From: an uncultured Actinomycetes bacterium
GTDB lineage: Bacteria; Actinomycetota; Thermoleophilia; RBG-16-64-13
DNA length: 64,000 bases
Direction: 5' to 3'
Assembly: GCA_963841735.1 (NCBI GenBank)
Contig: CAWJDT010000006.1
Span: 32,940-96,939, forward strand
How positions within the stretch are numbered: position 1 is the first letter of the stretch; the number at the start of each line of letters is the position of its first letter. The position numbers and the translations under genes were made by a program. A model generated the notes under the pieces. The model saw nothing but the letters and a program-made list of their open reading frames with translations, had not been told where the DNA came from and ran no database searches. This document shows, piece by piece, positions 42,987 to 53,250 of the stretch.

Positions 42987-44444
42987 ATGAAGGAGCACGT
43001 GGACGCACCGGTTCTCAACCAGATCAGCGAGTGGGTCTGGGAGCTCCCGCAAACCGGGGACATGCGGGTACCGGGGCGCGTATATGCCGACAAGGTGCTC
43101 GCACAAGCAGTGCGGCAAGACCAAAGCCTCGCCCAGGTGGCCAATGTCGCCCATCTGCCCGGGATCCTCCGTTACTCCATGGCCATGCCGGATATCCACT
43201 TTGGCTATGGCTTCCCCATCGGAGGGGTGGCCGCCTTCAGCGCTGACGAAGGCGTCGTGTCGCCCGGAGGCGTGGGTTATGACATCAACTGCGGGGTCAG
43301 GCTCATGGCCACCGATCTCCAGGCAAGTGACCTGCAGGGTGAGACCCGGCGCGTGATCGACCAACTGTTCAGGGACGTGCCGGCCGGAGTGGGCGCGAGT
43401 GGAGCGATCGCGAAGCTATCGCGCAGGCAGTTGGAAGGGCTGCTGACCAAGGGGGCGGCTTGGGCGGTGGAGCAAGGCTACGGCTCAGCCGCTGATCTGG
43501 CCCATACCGAGGACGGCGGGGCGCTGCCCGGAGCCGATCCGGCCGCCATCAGTGAGAGGGCCTACACGCGCGGCCTCGACCAAGTGGGCACCTTGGGTTC
43601 CGGCAACCACTTCCTGGAGATCCAAGTAGTGGACGAGGTCTTCGACAGTGCGACAGCCGCCGCCTATGGTCTGCATGAGGGGCAGGTGACCGTCATGGTG
43701 CACTGCGGATCGCGCGGTTTCGGATATCAGGTGTGTGAGGACTATCTGGAGTCCATGGCCTCGGCCAGCCGGCGCTACCACATAGAACTGCCCGACCGCC
43801 AGTTGGCCTGCGCTCCGGTTGCCTCACCAGAGGGACGCGCCTACCTGGCCGCCATGGCCTGCGCGGCCAACTACGCGTGGGCGAACCGGCAGATGATCAT
43901 GCATCTCACCGAGCAGGCCCTTCTCCATGCGCTCCATCTTTCGCCAAAGGAGCTCGGCCTGCGGCTCGTGTACGACGTGGCGCACAACATCGCGAAACTG
44001 GAGAACCATGAAGTCGACGGGGAGCAGATACGTTGCTGCGTGCACCGCAAGGGAGCCACCCGCGCCTTCGCACCCGGCCGGCCGGAGATTCCAGCCGACT
44101 ACCGCACCGTCGGACAACCTGTGCTGATCCCCGGCGACATGGGCACTGCCTCGTTCGTGTGCAGGGGTACCGAGTCCGCCATGGCCCAGACCTTCGGTTC
44201 CACCTGTCACGGCGCCGGCAGGTTGATGAGCCGCTCCCAGGCTCTCAAGCACGCCACCGGCAGAGCTATCGACAAGGAGCTCGAGTCGGCCGGCATCTTT
44301 GTGCGCTCCCGTGGAGGCAAGACGCTTGCCGAAGAGATGCCCGAAGCCTACAAGGACGTTGAACGGGTGGTGTCGGTCATGGACGGTGCCGGCATCTCTC
44401 CCAGGGTCGCACGGCTGCGCCCCCTAGGGGTGGTGAAAGGCTAG
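42987..44444 (+). CDS. rtcB: RtcB RNA ligase (archaeal-like long type)
   Basis: MPDIHFGYGFPIGG, GYDINCG, GTLGSGNHF, HCGSRG, HRKGATR, HGAGR, EEMPEAYK. Confidence 0.96.
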   Translation: MKEHVDAPVLNQISEWVWELPQTGDMRVPGRVYADKVLAQAVRQDQSLAQVANVAHLPGILRYSMAMPDIHFGYGFPIGGVAAFSADEGVVSPGGVGYDINCGVRLMATDLQASDLQGETRRVIDQLFRDVPAGVGASGAIAKLSRRQLEGLLTKGAAWAVEQGYGSAADLAHTEDGGALPGADPAAISERAYTRGLDQVGTLGSGNHFLEIQVVDEVFDSATAAAYGLHEGQVTVMVHCGSRGFGYQVCEDYLESMASASRRYHIELPDRQLACAPVASPEGRAYLAAMACAANYAWANRQMIMHLTEQALLHALHLSPKELGLRLVYDVAHNIAKLENHEVDGEQIRCCVHRKGATRAFAPGRPEIPADYRTVGQPVLIPGDMGTASFVCRGTESAMAQTFGSTCHGAGRLMSRSQALKHATGRAIDKELESAGIFVRSRGGKTLAEEMPEAYKDVERVVSVMDGAGISPRVARLRPLGVVKG

Positions 44445-44472
44445 AGCCTAAGGGATGCGGTGCCGGCGGGCG

Positions 44473-44967
44473 CTAGCCTCGCGCGGGACTCTCGGTCTGA
44501 AGAACGGTGCCGCCCTCCGGCCCGGGTGTTTCTCCACGCTTGCGGGCTTTGCGACTGCTCTTCTCCAAACGTTGGGCGGCCGCCCGGCGAAGGCGCGCGG
44601 CCTCTCGCACCGGCAGCGACTCACTAAGCCGCAAAAGCACATCCGGTGGTACCCGGTCTTTGAGCGCGTCGATGACCGCATGCACGGCCCGGGTGGCATC
44701 CTCCCTGGCCTGGTAGGAGCCGGCCTTCTGTACGGCCTGCACTAGGGCTTCGGCCTGGTGCCTGACCGCCCGGCCTTTGTCGGTGAGAAGGTCGCGCACA
44801 GAGAAGCTCATCTTGAACTCCTGCCGCTCCCCTCGCTTGTAGCCTGCCATGCGCTGCATGATCTTAAGCAGGCCGCCCCACACTAGGTGGCCGGTGACAT
44901 GTCGTCTTGATTTGCGGCGGCGCGGGCGTCCAACAACCAGGGCCACACCTGTAACATCTGTTTGCAC
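44473..44967 (-). CDS. Hypothetical basic protein with DUF2267-like helical domain
   Basis: AREDATRAVHAVIDALKDRVP...LSESLP; GGGGAG RBS. Confidence 0.55.
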   Translation of the reverse strand: MQTDVTGVALVVGRPRRRKSRRHVTGHLVWGGLLKIMQRMAGYKRGERQEFKMSFSVRDLLTDKGRAVRHQAEALVQAVQKAGSYQAREDATRAVHAVIDALKDRVPPDVLLRLSESLPVREAARLRRAAAQRLEKSSRKARKRGETPGPEGGTVLQTESPARG

Positions 44968-45049
44968 GGGTTACTCCCCCGTTGATATTCCAGAACAAAG
45001 CACGTGTGTATGATACCCCACGACCGCCTCGGGGCAAACCCGAGAATTC

Positions 45050-45586
45050 TCAGTGATAGCGCTCGACCGCAAAACGGTAGATCCGGTACTGGTCGACGTT
45101 CGGATCGATACTGCCCTTGCGGCAGGTGATCCGGAGCTGCTGTTCCACAGTATCCACGCCTTCGAGATCCGGTAGGAGCAGGGCCCGCCGCCCGTCGATG
45201 GTGCGGACTATGATGCCGTAGCGCTTGGGGTCGAGGTCTTCTACGCCGTCGACTTCCTCAGGAGGTCCAAGTACGTCCACCGATATATCCAGATTGGCCA
45301 GCTCTGCCTCCGTGAGGGGATAGAAGCGAGGATCGGCAGAGGCGGCACTGATGGCGTTGGCCACCGTCTCTTCCTCCACGCTACCGAGTTGAGGCTCAGT
45401 GGTGCCTATGCAACCACGGAGCGAGCCATCGGGGAGATGCAAAGAGACGAACACTCCCGCCCGGCGAGGAGACTCCCCAGCGGGCGGCGATACACGTAGA
45501 ACGGAATGGTCGCGCACATACGACTCGACAGCCCTGCGCGCCAGAGCCACCAGAGAACCGGACTCCGCTTTTGTCTCTTTGGTCAC
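45050..45586 (-). CDS. amrA: AmmeMemoRadiSam protein A (AMMECR1)
   Basis: GVFVSL, LRGCIGT, DPRF, LLLPDLEGV. Confidence 0.92.
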   Translation of the reverse strand: MTKETKAESGSLVALARRAVESYVRDHSVLRVSPPAGESPRRAGVFVSLHLPDGSLRGCIGTTEPQLGSVEEETVANAISAASADPRFYPLTEAELANLDISVDVLGPPEEVDGVEDLDPKRYGIIVRTIDGRRALLLPDLEGVDTVEQQLRITCRKGSIDPNVDQYRIYRFAVERYH

Positions 45587-45602
45587 TGCTTCCTCCTGCC
45601 GC

Positions 45603-46430
45603 CTACGCGGCCTCCCTGATCTCAACTTCACCCACCATGTAGCCCACGCCAAACGGGCCTTCATAAGAGAATAGATGATTGTGCGTCTGCAGCCCCGCGG
45701 CTACCGCCGACGCCACCACCCCGGACAACACGGCCAAAGAGCGATAGCCACATTCCCCGGCTGCCGCGATCGTCCTAGGATCGATGGAAAGAAGCCCCTC
45801 CCAGTTGCCCGCGGCAAATGTATCGGCAACAAGACGGTCGAACTGAACCCCGCGCGGGTCGAAGCCCACAGGCGCTCCGGGGCTAAGGCGGTGGCTAAGA
45901 TCAGCGCTGGCGACATAGACCGTGCGTTGCTGAGCTTCAAGGAGGACCGCTCCAACAGCCTCGCCAAAGCGCACATGTTCCTCGGTGCTCAAACCCGAGA
46001 ACGAAAGCAGCACCAACCGGCAGGGTCGTTCGAACCCACCCATCAGATAAACCAGAGGCACCGTGGCGCCGTGATCAAGTTCCGCCACGTCGCCAAGCAC
46101 CGCGGCTACGGGTGCACCGTGCTCCCTTGCGCCTGCGATGATCGCCTCCGCCAGGGCTTGGTCACCAGCCGCCTCCACCTTCACATCCGGGGCGCGGAAA
46201 TGGGCGAGGCTCCCCCAGTAAGATGTAGCGAGCGACACCCCCATGTGCCGGGCGCCGAGGGGCGCGTGTGGAGACAGGAGCACGATCGTCTCTGGAGCGA
46301 GAGCGGCGGCCCTCTCTTGCACGCGGAGCATAGCCCTCACCGTACTCTGGGCCTCCCCCAACTGCGAGCCCCCCACTTCTGGGACGACGATCGGGGGATG
46401 TGGAGTTACGAAACAGCCGCTCAAGGTCAT
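45603..46430 (-). CDS. AmmeMemoRadiSam protein B-like (LigB/Memo fold)
   Basis: PHPPIVVPEVG, SPH, LDHG, ASADLSHRL, AGECG, YEGPFGVGY. Confidence 0.88.
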   Translation of the reverse strand: MTLSGCFVTPHPPIVVPEVGGSQLGEAQSTVRAMLRVQERAAALAPETIVLLSPHAPLGARHMGVSLATSYWGSLAHFRAPDVKVEAAGDQALAEAIIAGAREHGAPVAAVLGDVAELDHGATVPLVYLMGGFERPCRLVLLSFSGLSTEEHVRFGEAVGAVLLEAQQRTVYVASADLSHRLSPGAPVGFDPRGVQFDRLVADTFAAGNWEGLLSIDPRTIAAAGECGYRSLAVLSGVVASAVAAGLQTHNHLFSYEGPFGVGYMVGEVEIREAA

Positions 46431-47476
46431 GTCTGGACCTCCTTCGGGTACACGGCGGCGTCCATGCCGCAGCGAGAACACCTGCCTTGGTTTATCCCTT
46501 GCCTAAACGTTCTGAAACCTCGGCGCTCGATCAAGATCGCTCCGCACGAGGGACACATCGTCGACTCCGAATCGTGGCCGGGGATGTTGACCCCATATAC
46601 ATATGCCAAACCAGCCTCCCGCCCGATGCTGAGAGCTCGCTCAACCGCCGCGACCGGAGTTGGAGGCGTGTCCAATAGCAGGTAGGAGGGATAGAAACGG
46701 GAGACATGCCAGGGGATGTCGGGCGAGACCGACACCAAGAAGGCCGCCAACGAGCGAAGCTCCGTCTCACCGTCGTTCCGGCCCGGGATCAAGAGCGTTG
46801 TCACCTCTACCCAGACTCCCATCTCCCATAGCCGCCGGATAGAGTCCAGCACCGGCTTCAGCCGCGCCCCCGCCAGCGCCCGGTAGAAATCGTCGGAGAA
46901 CGACTTGAGGTCGACATTGGCCGCGTGCAGACAACCGTCGATATCCTCGAGGGCCTCGGCAGTCATATAGCCGTTGGTGACGAACACGTTCTTCAAGCCG
47001 GCCTCGGTGGCCAGGCGGGCGCAGTCACGGGCGTATTCATAGAAGATGGTCGGCTCGGTGTAGGTGTAGGAGATGCTGGCGCAGCCCTCGGCAAGCGCCA
47101 TCTCGACCACCCGCTCGGGCGCCACCGGCCGGCCTGCGATCCTGCCGGTCCGGCGCGGCATCTGGCTGATCTCAGAGTTTTGGCAGAACTCGCAGGAGAA
47201 GTTGCAGCCCACTGTTGCCACGGAGAAACTCAGGCTGCCCGGCAGGTAGTGAAAGAGCGGCTTCTTTTCGATAGGATCGACCGCGGTCGAGACCGGAAGG
47301 CCGTAGACCAGGGTGTAGAGCACCCCCGCTTGGTTCTCGCGGACGCCGCAGAGACCTCTCTCCCCCGGGGAGATGCGGCAATGGTGGGCACACAGAAAGC
47401 AGTGCACTGAGGGGCCCCCCCGCCACTCCCGCCACAGCGCGGCCTGAACACCTTCGGCAGCCCCGCCACTCTCCAC
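46427..47476 (-). CDS. amrS: AmmeMemoRadiSam radical SAM enzyme
   Basis: CFLCAHHC, DPIEKKPLFH, CNFSCEFCQN, YTYTEP, CPSCG. Confidence 0.93.
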   Translation of the reverse strand: MESGGAAEGVQAALWREWRGGPSVHCFLCAHHCRISPGERGLCGVRENQAGVLYTLVYGLPVSTAVDPIEKKPLFHYLPGSLSFSVATVGCNFSCEFCQNSEISQMPRRTGRIAGRPVAPERVVEMALAEGCASISYTYTEPTIFYEYARDCARLATEAGLKNVFVTNGYMTAEALEDIDGCLHAANVDLKSFSDDFYRALAGARLKPVLDSIRRLWEMGVWVEVTTLLIPGRNDGETELRSLAAFLVSVSPDIPWHVSRFYPSYLLLDTPPTPVAAVERALSIGREAGLAYVYGVNIPGHDSESTMCPSCGAILIERRGFRTFRQGINQGRCSRCGMDAAVYPKEVQT

Positions 47477-47498
47477 CGTCGCTACCTCCCGCGGAGCT

Positions 47499-48221
47499 TC
47501 ATTCCGAGACGAGTTCTAGATCGCCGGTGACCCTCCGGTAGAGACGTGTCACCGGCGACAGAGCTTGCCTTCCCCAATTCATAGTGTACTGCCGGCAGTT
47601 AAGACTGTGCACGATCGTACCGCCCGCCACCAGAGCTACCAGGGTGTCGCGTGTGGGACGCTCTCCCACCAAGATGTGCACCCGTCCGACCTCACCCTTG
47701 CGATGCGCGTCGCTGCCCGCCCCCTCGGGTCTGCCTAGCGCCCCGGCCAGCCGTCCGGCTTTGCGCCCCGCCCGTGGCCCCAACGAACGTCCGTTGACCA
47801 CTTCGACCATGTCGGCCAGGGCTGCGGCCTGCTTGCGCTCACCCTTGGAGACAGCTCCGCGCCGGAACACATCGTAGGGATGCGGGAGATAGACCAAGCC
47901 CCCTTGCTCTCTGATGAGCGTCGCGGTCTCCTCCAGCGAAAGCCCCCGTGGAATCTCCTCCTGCACGTAGAGCCCGATGATCTCGCCCACCGCCGTGCGC
48001 ACCTCGACCCCAGGGATGACCCTGGGCAAAGAGGGATCGGCCTCCGATAGAGCGAGAGCCTGGAGACCCCCCTGCACAGTGTTGTGGTCGGTGATGGCCA
48101 AGAAGTCGATACCCCGGGCCTTGGCGGCTTGTAGCAGCTGGACCGGGGTCATTAGACCATCGGCGGAGAAGAAAGTGTGGTTATGCAGGTCCAGCTTGAT
48201 ACTGGAGCCAGATGCGGTCAT
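47499..48221 (-). CDS. PHP-domain metallophosphoesterase
   Basis: DLHNHT, TDHN, PHP, GSDAH. Confidence 0.88.
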   Translation of the reverse strand: MTASGSSIKLDLHNHTFFSADGLMTPVQLLQAAKARGIDFLAITDHNTVQGGLQALALSEADPSLPRVIPGVEVRTAVGEIIGLYVQEEIPRGLSLEETATLIREQGGLVYLPHPYDVFRRGAVSKGERKQAAALADMVEVVNGRSLGPRAGRKAGRLAGALGRPEGAGSDAHRKGEVGRVHILVGERPTRDTLVALVAGGTIVHSLNCRQYTMNWGRQALSPVTRLYRRVTGDLELVSE

Positions 48222-48418
48222 ACGTCAGGGAAAGAGCCACCGATGCGACGGCGCCTGCGATCGCGAATGACCCGCTGGCCACCGCCCTCTTTGCCGGCAC
48301 GTCGATCGATCTCCCGCCGGTCGACGATAACCTCGACGCCCTGCACATCAGCGAAGCGTTTCTCGAATTCCCTGTAGTACTTGTCGGCGAGCTCACGCGG
48401 AATCACATAGTAAATCAC
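48218..48418 (-). CDS. 66-aa protein with repeated DRR motifs
   Basis: GGAGG RBS; ATGA coupling to the PHP gene; VIVDRREIDRR...RDRRRRR. Confidence 0.7.
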   Translation of the reverse strand: MIYYVIPRELADKYYREFEKRFADVQGVEVIVDRREIDRRAGKEGGGQRVIRDRRRRRIGGSFPDV

Positions 48419-48505
48419 TTAGGCGCCACCTCCCATGCTCCGTCGCGTACTATGATAGTGTCTCATTGCCCTTTAGTCCAAGACCCACGAGCTGAATACT
48501 TGCGC

Positions 48506-50230
48506 ATGGCTATTACCGGCGACGAAAGCGGAGCGGGACCGCTCCTCAAGAACCGATATCAGCTGGGCAGAGTGCTCGGTCGCGGCGGCATGTGCATTGT
48601 CTACCAGGCTTTGGACACGCGGCTGCAGAGGAATGTGGCCGTTAAGCGCCTTGAGCCCCCTCTGAACGAGGACCCGCGCACCCGAGCCCGATTCGACCGC
48701 GAAGGCCGCGCGTTGGCACAACTTTCTCACCCCAATGTGGTAACTCTGGTCGACCGCGGATCGAATGACAACGAAGACTACCTGGTCTTCGAGTACGTGG
48801 AAGGACGCTCCCTCAAGGAAGTAATCCGAGACGGGAACATGAGCATCGCGGATTTTGGGAGCATCGTGGGCCAAGTCGCAGAAGGTCTTGCCCACGCCCA
48901 CATGGCCGGCATTATCCACCGCGACGTCAAACCTCAGAACATCCTGATCGATCGCCAGGGACACGCGAAAGTCACCGACTTCGGCATCGCCACCGGTCCG
49001 GACTGGACCCGCGTTACCAAAGCCGGGGCAGTGATCGGCAGCGCCCGGTACATGTGTCCCGAGCAAATCCGGAGCAAGCCGGTTGACGCTCGTTCGGACA
49101 TCTACTCGCTGGGCGTGGTCATGTACGAGATGCTCACGGGCAGCCCGCCCTTCGACGGCACCAACATGCCGGAGATAGCCAGGCAGCATCTCAACACCCC
49201 ACCGCCCCCGTTGGGCGAGGCCAGGGACGATCTACCGGCGGGGGTGGAGAAGATGGTTATGCGCTGCTTGGCCAAGGATCCCGATGACCGATTCTCTTCC
49301 ATGGACGCCTTGCTGGGCGCCCTGGTGGGCCTAGGGCTGTACATGCCACAGCGAACCGCAGAGGTTTCGAATCAGAACCGGCGCGGCCACCGCCGCAGTG
49401 TCCCCGAGGAGAGACCGGCCAGACGCCCGGCCGCGGGCGCGGCTGTGTCCGACACGGGTGAACATGACTACGATGGTGACAGGCGCTGGGTGAGAGACCA
49501 CGCCCGTATGACCGCCAAAAAACGGCGGACCAGCCGGCGCCTGAAGGTCTTGGGAGGGTTAGCCGCGATCGCTGTGATTGTGCTGGTCATAGTCCTCGTG
49601 GCCACCCAGACGGGAGGCAGCGGAGCGCCCAACGTGTTCGGGCTCACGCGCACAGAAGCCGAGACCCAGGCGAAGAACGCCGGGATGACGGTTGAAGTCA
49701 CTGAGAAGGTGCCCACCTTTGGCAAGGACCCCGACATCGTGCTGAGCCAAGACCCCATCGCGGGCGCTCAGTCCGATGATGGCATCCTGCGGCTGACCGT
49801 GAGCCGGGAGCCCGTCGCGGTCGAAGCCACCATCATCGACGCCGACCCAGAAGGGGACAACGGCGAGGAGAACCGCGACCAGGTGGGCAACCTGACTGAC
49901 GGCAAGGACAGCACCAGTTGGACCACCGAGCTCTACCGCACCGCCAACTTCAGCAACCTCAAGACCGGAGTCGGTCTGGACTTCACCCTGGAGGAGGAGG
50001 CGACGATCATCCAGATCATCTCTCCCGTCGAAGGCTGGAAGGGACAGTTGCTGGAAGGCACGTCCACGGACCCTGGGGCAAAATTGGGCGATCTTGAGGG
50101 CAAGTCGAGCCAGATCATCACCCTGCGAAACTCGATCTCCAAGGGCGAGTTCTGGTTCACACAGTTGACCAAGCTCACAGACAGCGAACGCTACGGCGTG
50201 GAGATCTCCGAGATCAGGTTCTTTAAGTAG
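48506..50230 (+). CDS. Hanks-type Ser/Thr kinase with TM, PASTA and discoidin-like C-terminal domain
   Basis: GRGGM, VAVK, HRDVKPQN, DFGIA, DIYSLG; TM; PNVFGLTRTEA (PASTA); LTDGKDSTSWTTE. The track's 48212 start overlaps the opposite gene. Confidence 0.92.
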   Translation: MAITGDESGAGPLLKNRYQLGRVLGRGGMCIVYQALDTRLQRNVAVKRLEPPLNEDPRTRARFDREGRALAQLSHPNVVTLVDRGSNDNEDYLVFEYVEGRSLKEVIRDGNMSIADFGSIVGQVAEGLAHAHMAGIIHRDVKPQNILIDRQGHAKVTDFGIATGPDWTRVTKAGAVIGSARYMCPEQIRSKPVDARSDIYSLGVVMYEMLTGSPPFDGTNMPEIARQHLNTPPPPLGEARDDLPAGVEKMVMRCLAKDPDDRFSSMDALLGALVGLGLYMPQRTAEVSNQNRRGHRRSVPEERPARRPAAGAAVSDTGEHDYDGDRRWVRDHARMTAKKRRTSRRLKVLGGLAAIAVIVLVIVLVATQTGGSGAPNVFGLTRTEAETQAKNAGMTVEVTEKVPTFGKDPDIVLSQDPIAGAQSDDGILRLTVSREPVAVEATIIDADPEGDNGEENRDQVGNLTDGKDSTSWTTELYRTANFSNLKTGVGLDFTLEEEATIIQIISPVEGWKGQLLEGTSTDPGAKLGDLEGKSSQIITLRNSISKGEFWFTQLTKLTDSERYGVEISEIRFFK

Positions 50231-50272
50231 GCAACCCCACGACCGTCTTCTAACCCGGCCGAGCGGTCGGGG

Positions 50273-51061
<789 letters not shown>

Positions 51062-51064
51062 GTG

Positions 51065-52006
51065 CTATTCCTCCCCGGGGACCGCTGTACCGAGTACGTC
51101 CGAAAGTGCCTGTGCCAACAGAGCGGCTATCTTCGCCCGCCCCACCGGATCCTCCAGGAGGTCCCTGTCGCGCACATTGTCGCCGATCTCCAGCAGGACC
51201 CTGATGGGCGCCTCGTTGCGCGCCGCATCCAGGCTATACAAGTCTCGTCCAACGGTAGCACGCAGCGGCAGGCCGAGCCCCTCCGCAAGCGCCTCTGCAA
51301 GTCGCTCCGCGATATCAGCCGAGGCCGCGTCGCCCTCAAAGTACATGCCCATCACCCCGCTGGGCGCGTTGCCGTCATTGTGCACCGAGATGAAGTAGTC
51401 GGCACCGGCGTCGTTGGCCTTCTGGAGTTCGGAGTCGAAGGCGTCCACGTTCGACCCACCGTTGTTGTTGCTTCCGGTGAGGCCCAGCTCTGTCTCCCAA
51501 GCGACAACGTGGGTGAAGCCGGGGGCCAGAGCGATAGTGCGTTCGACGATGTCGCCACATATCACGTACTCGTGCCAAGCCTCGTCGCCGGTGTCGTCCT
51601 GATGCGACGGTTGCCAAGCGATCACAGGCAGGTCGTACGGAGCGGTGGTGGTCGTAGTGGCGGCTGTCGCGGTAGTGACAGACGAGAGCGCTAGCCCAGC
51701 CTGTGCGATAGTCGATGGTGGCTGGACCTCCGTAGCCGATGTAATTGCCGAACTCGCGCCCACCGAAGCGGCGTTGGCCGCGGACGATGCAGTCGATTCA
51801 GCCAAGCCCGAGTCGAGTCCGCTGCACCCGGCGACAAGCGTCCCGACGCAAACCAGAAGCGCTGCCAACGGGAGCGAACGCCGACGAGCGTGAAGGGCGC
51901 CAGACCAGAGCTTGCGCGGAAGTACGCTAGTCCGCAAGTCGCAGCCCGCACTTTCCGCAGAAGACGGCGTCGGACTCGGAGACTTGCCCGCATCCGGGGC
52001 ATCCAA
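51065..52006 (-). CDS. N-acetylmuramoyl-L-alanine amidase (Amidase_3)-like lipoprotein; true start probably near 51870-51925
   Basis: LVAGC lipobox; QPSH, HE, ADYFISVHND, LLEIG. Confidence 0.72.
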   Translation of the reverse strand: MDAPDAGKSPSPTPSSAESAGCDLRTSVLPRKLWSGALHARRRSLPLAALLVCVGTLVAGCSGLDSGLAESTASSAANAASVGASSAITSATEVQPPSTIAQAGLALSSVTTATAATTTTTAPYDLPVIAWQPSHQDDTGDEAWHEYVICGDIVERTIALAPGFTHVVAWETELGLTGSNNNGGSNVDAFDSELQKANDAGADYFISVHNDGNAPSGVMGMYFEGDAASADIAERLAEALAEGLGLPLRATVGRDLYSLDAARNEAPIRVLLEIGDNVRDRDLLEDPVGRAKIAALLAQALSDVLGTAVPGEE

Positions 52007-52316
52007 AGGTGTCGGCTATTTCGCCGGCCCGGCCCACTCCGACCGGGTCGGTGACGCCCGTGAGCTTGAGTCCCTTGACATCACCCGCCGAAACCACATG
52101 AGCGGCGATCACCGGCGAGGTCGCCCTCGCGGGAAACGGCGCAGACTCCTCGGCGCGAGTTTGCGCCCCGAGGGCGAGGGGCCAGGTAGTAGCGACAGCT
52201 GGCGCGCCGAAGCCGCGGGACTGCGTTGGGCTACGAATGCCGGCGCCCACAGCGGCGCCGATAAGCCCCGCATTCACCAGCATGGGGATGCCTACCCCCA
52301 GAAACTTGCGCCACAT
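51927..52316 (-). CDS. Membrane-anchored protein with C-terminal zinc ribbon
   Basis: AAGGGAGG RBS; hydrophobic N-terminus; CPGCG..FCGKCG. Confidence 0.65.
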   Translation of the reverse strand: MWRKFLGVGIPMLVNAGLIGAAVGAGIRSPTQSRGFGAPAVATTWPLALGAQTRAEESAPFPARATSPVIAAHVVSAGDVKGLKLTGVTDPVGVGRAGEIADTFGCPGCGQVSESDAVFCGKCGLRLAD

Positions 52317-52504
52317 CGTGCCCTCCCTTGTCATGTGAGCTACGCCATACCGACCCGCGGTCCGAGCCCACCATATCGCACGCCCGTGGTGAGATGTTGA
52401 CCAATTGGTCCTCAGGGGATTGCGCACGCTGCGAACGGCACATATGATGCTTGGCAAGACACGAGTGGTGCTGTCCAACACAGAGCGCAAAGGGGACTTG
52501 CCCG

Positions 52505-53218
52505 ATGAACCGACCCACATCAGCTCAGCCCGGTCGCAGCCTATACGTCGACATCCTCCACTACGCGAGTATTGTCGCCCTCGTAGGGCTGGGGTTCATC
52601 TTCCTCATGATATTCCTGGTGGGCGGCACCGCCCAACTGGTTCAGGTCCCAGCGGACTACCAGTACAACGAATATCCCTATGCACTCGAATCTCTTTGGG
52701 ACTACGTTTGGGGCAACGTCGACCCCTACAGGTACGGTGAGGTGGCCCATCAAAGCGGGTTCATAGCGTCGTTCACACTGGCCTTCTTCTTCGCCTTGGG
52801 CTGCGCAGCGGTTTCTTCAAAGATCCGCAGGGAAGGGCCGCGCCTCTGGCTGCTGATCACCGCCGCAGTCCTCGCGGCGGCCGGGGTGGGCGCGCTCCAT
52901 TCCTACGCCTCAGTAGTGTTGGCGCTGCCCCTCGCGGCAGCTCTCTACGGATTGATAGTGATGCTCGTGCAGTCCGGGCTCATTAGTTCCCCGACAGCCA
53001 GGGGCGGCTACCCGCCTCAGCAGCAGTGGTACCAAGACCGGCCCCACGCTGAACTACACGGGTATCCTCCGCAGGCTGCCCACGGAACACCGGCGGCTGC
53101 GGCGGCCACCGGCATCGCGGGAAGCCAGAGCTCGCCGGCCGACGCTTGCCCAGGATGCGGCCAGGCCGTGGAGGGTGGGTCGGTGTTCTGCGGCAACTGC
53201 GGAGCCAAGGTAGGCTAG
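52505..53218 (+). CDS. 4-TM protein with C-terminal zinc ribbon
   Basis: TM helices; CPGCG..FCGNCG. Confidence 0.78.
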   Translation: MNRPTSAQPGRSLYVDILHYASIVALVGLGFIFLMIFLVGGTAQLVQVPADYQYNEYPYALESLWDYVWGNVDPYRYGEVAHQSGFIASFTLAFFFALGCAAVSSKIRREGPRLWLLITAAVLAAAGVGALHSYASVVLALPLAAALYGLIVMLVQSGLISSPTARGGYPPQQQWYQDRPHAELHGYPPQAAHGTPAAAAATGIAGSQSSPADACPGCGQAVEGGSVFCGNCGAKVG

Positions 53219-53250
53219 TCAAAAGCGCTAGGTTCGAGAGGAGTCACGGA

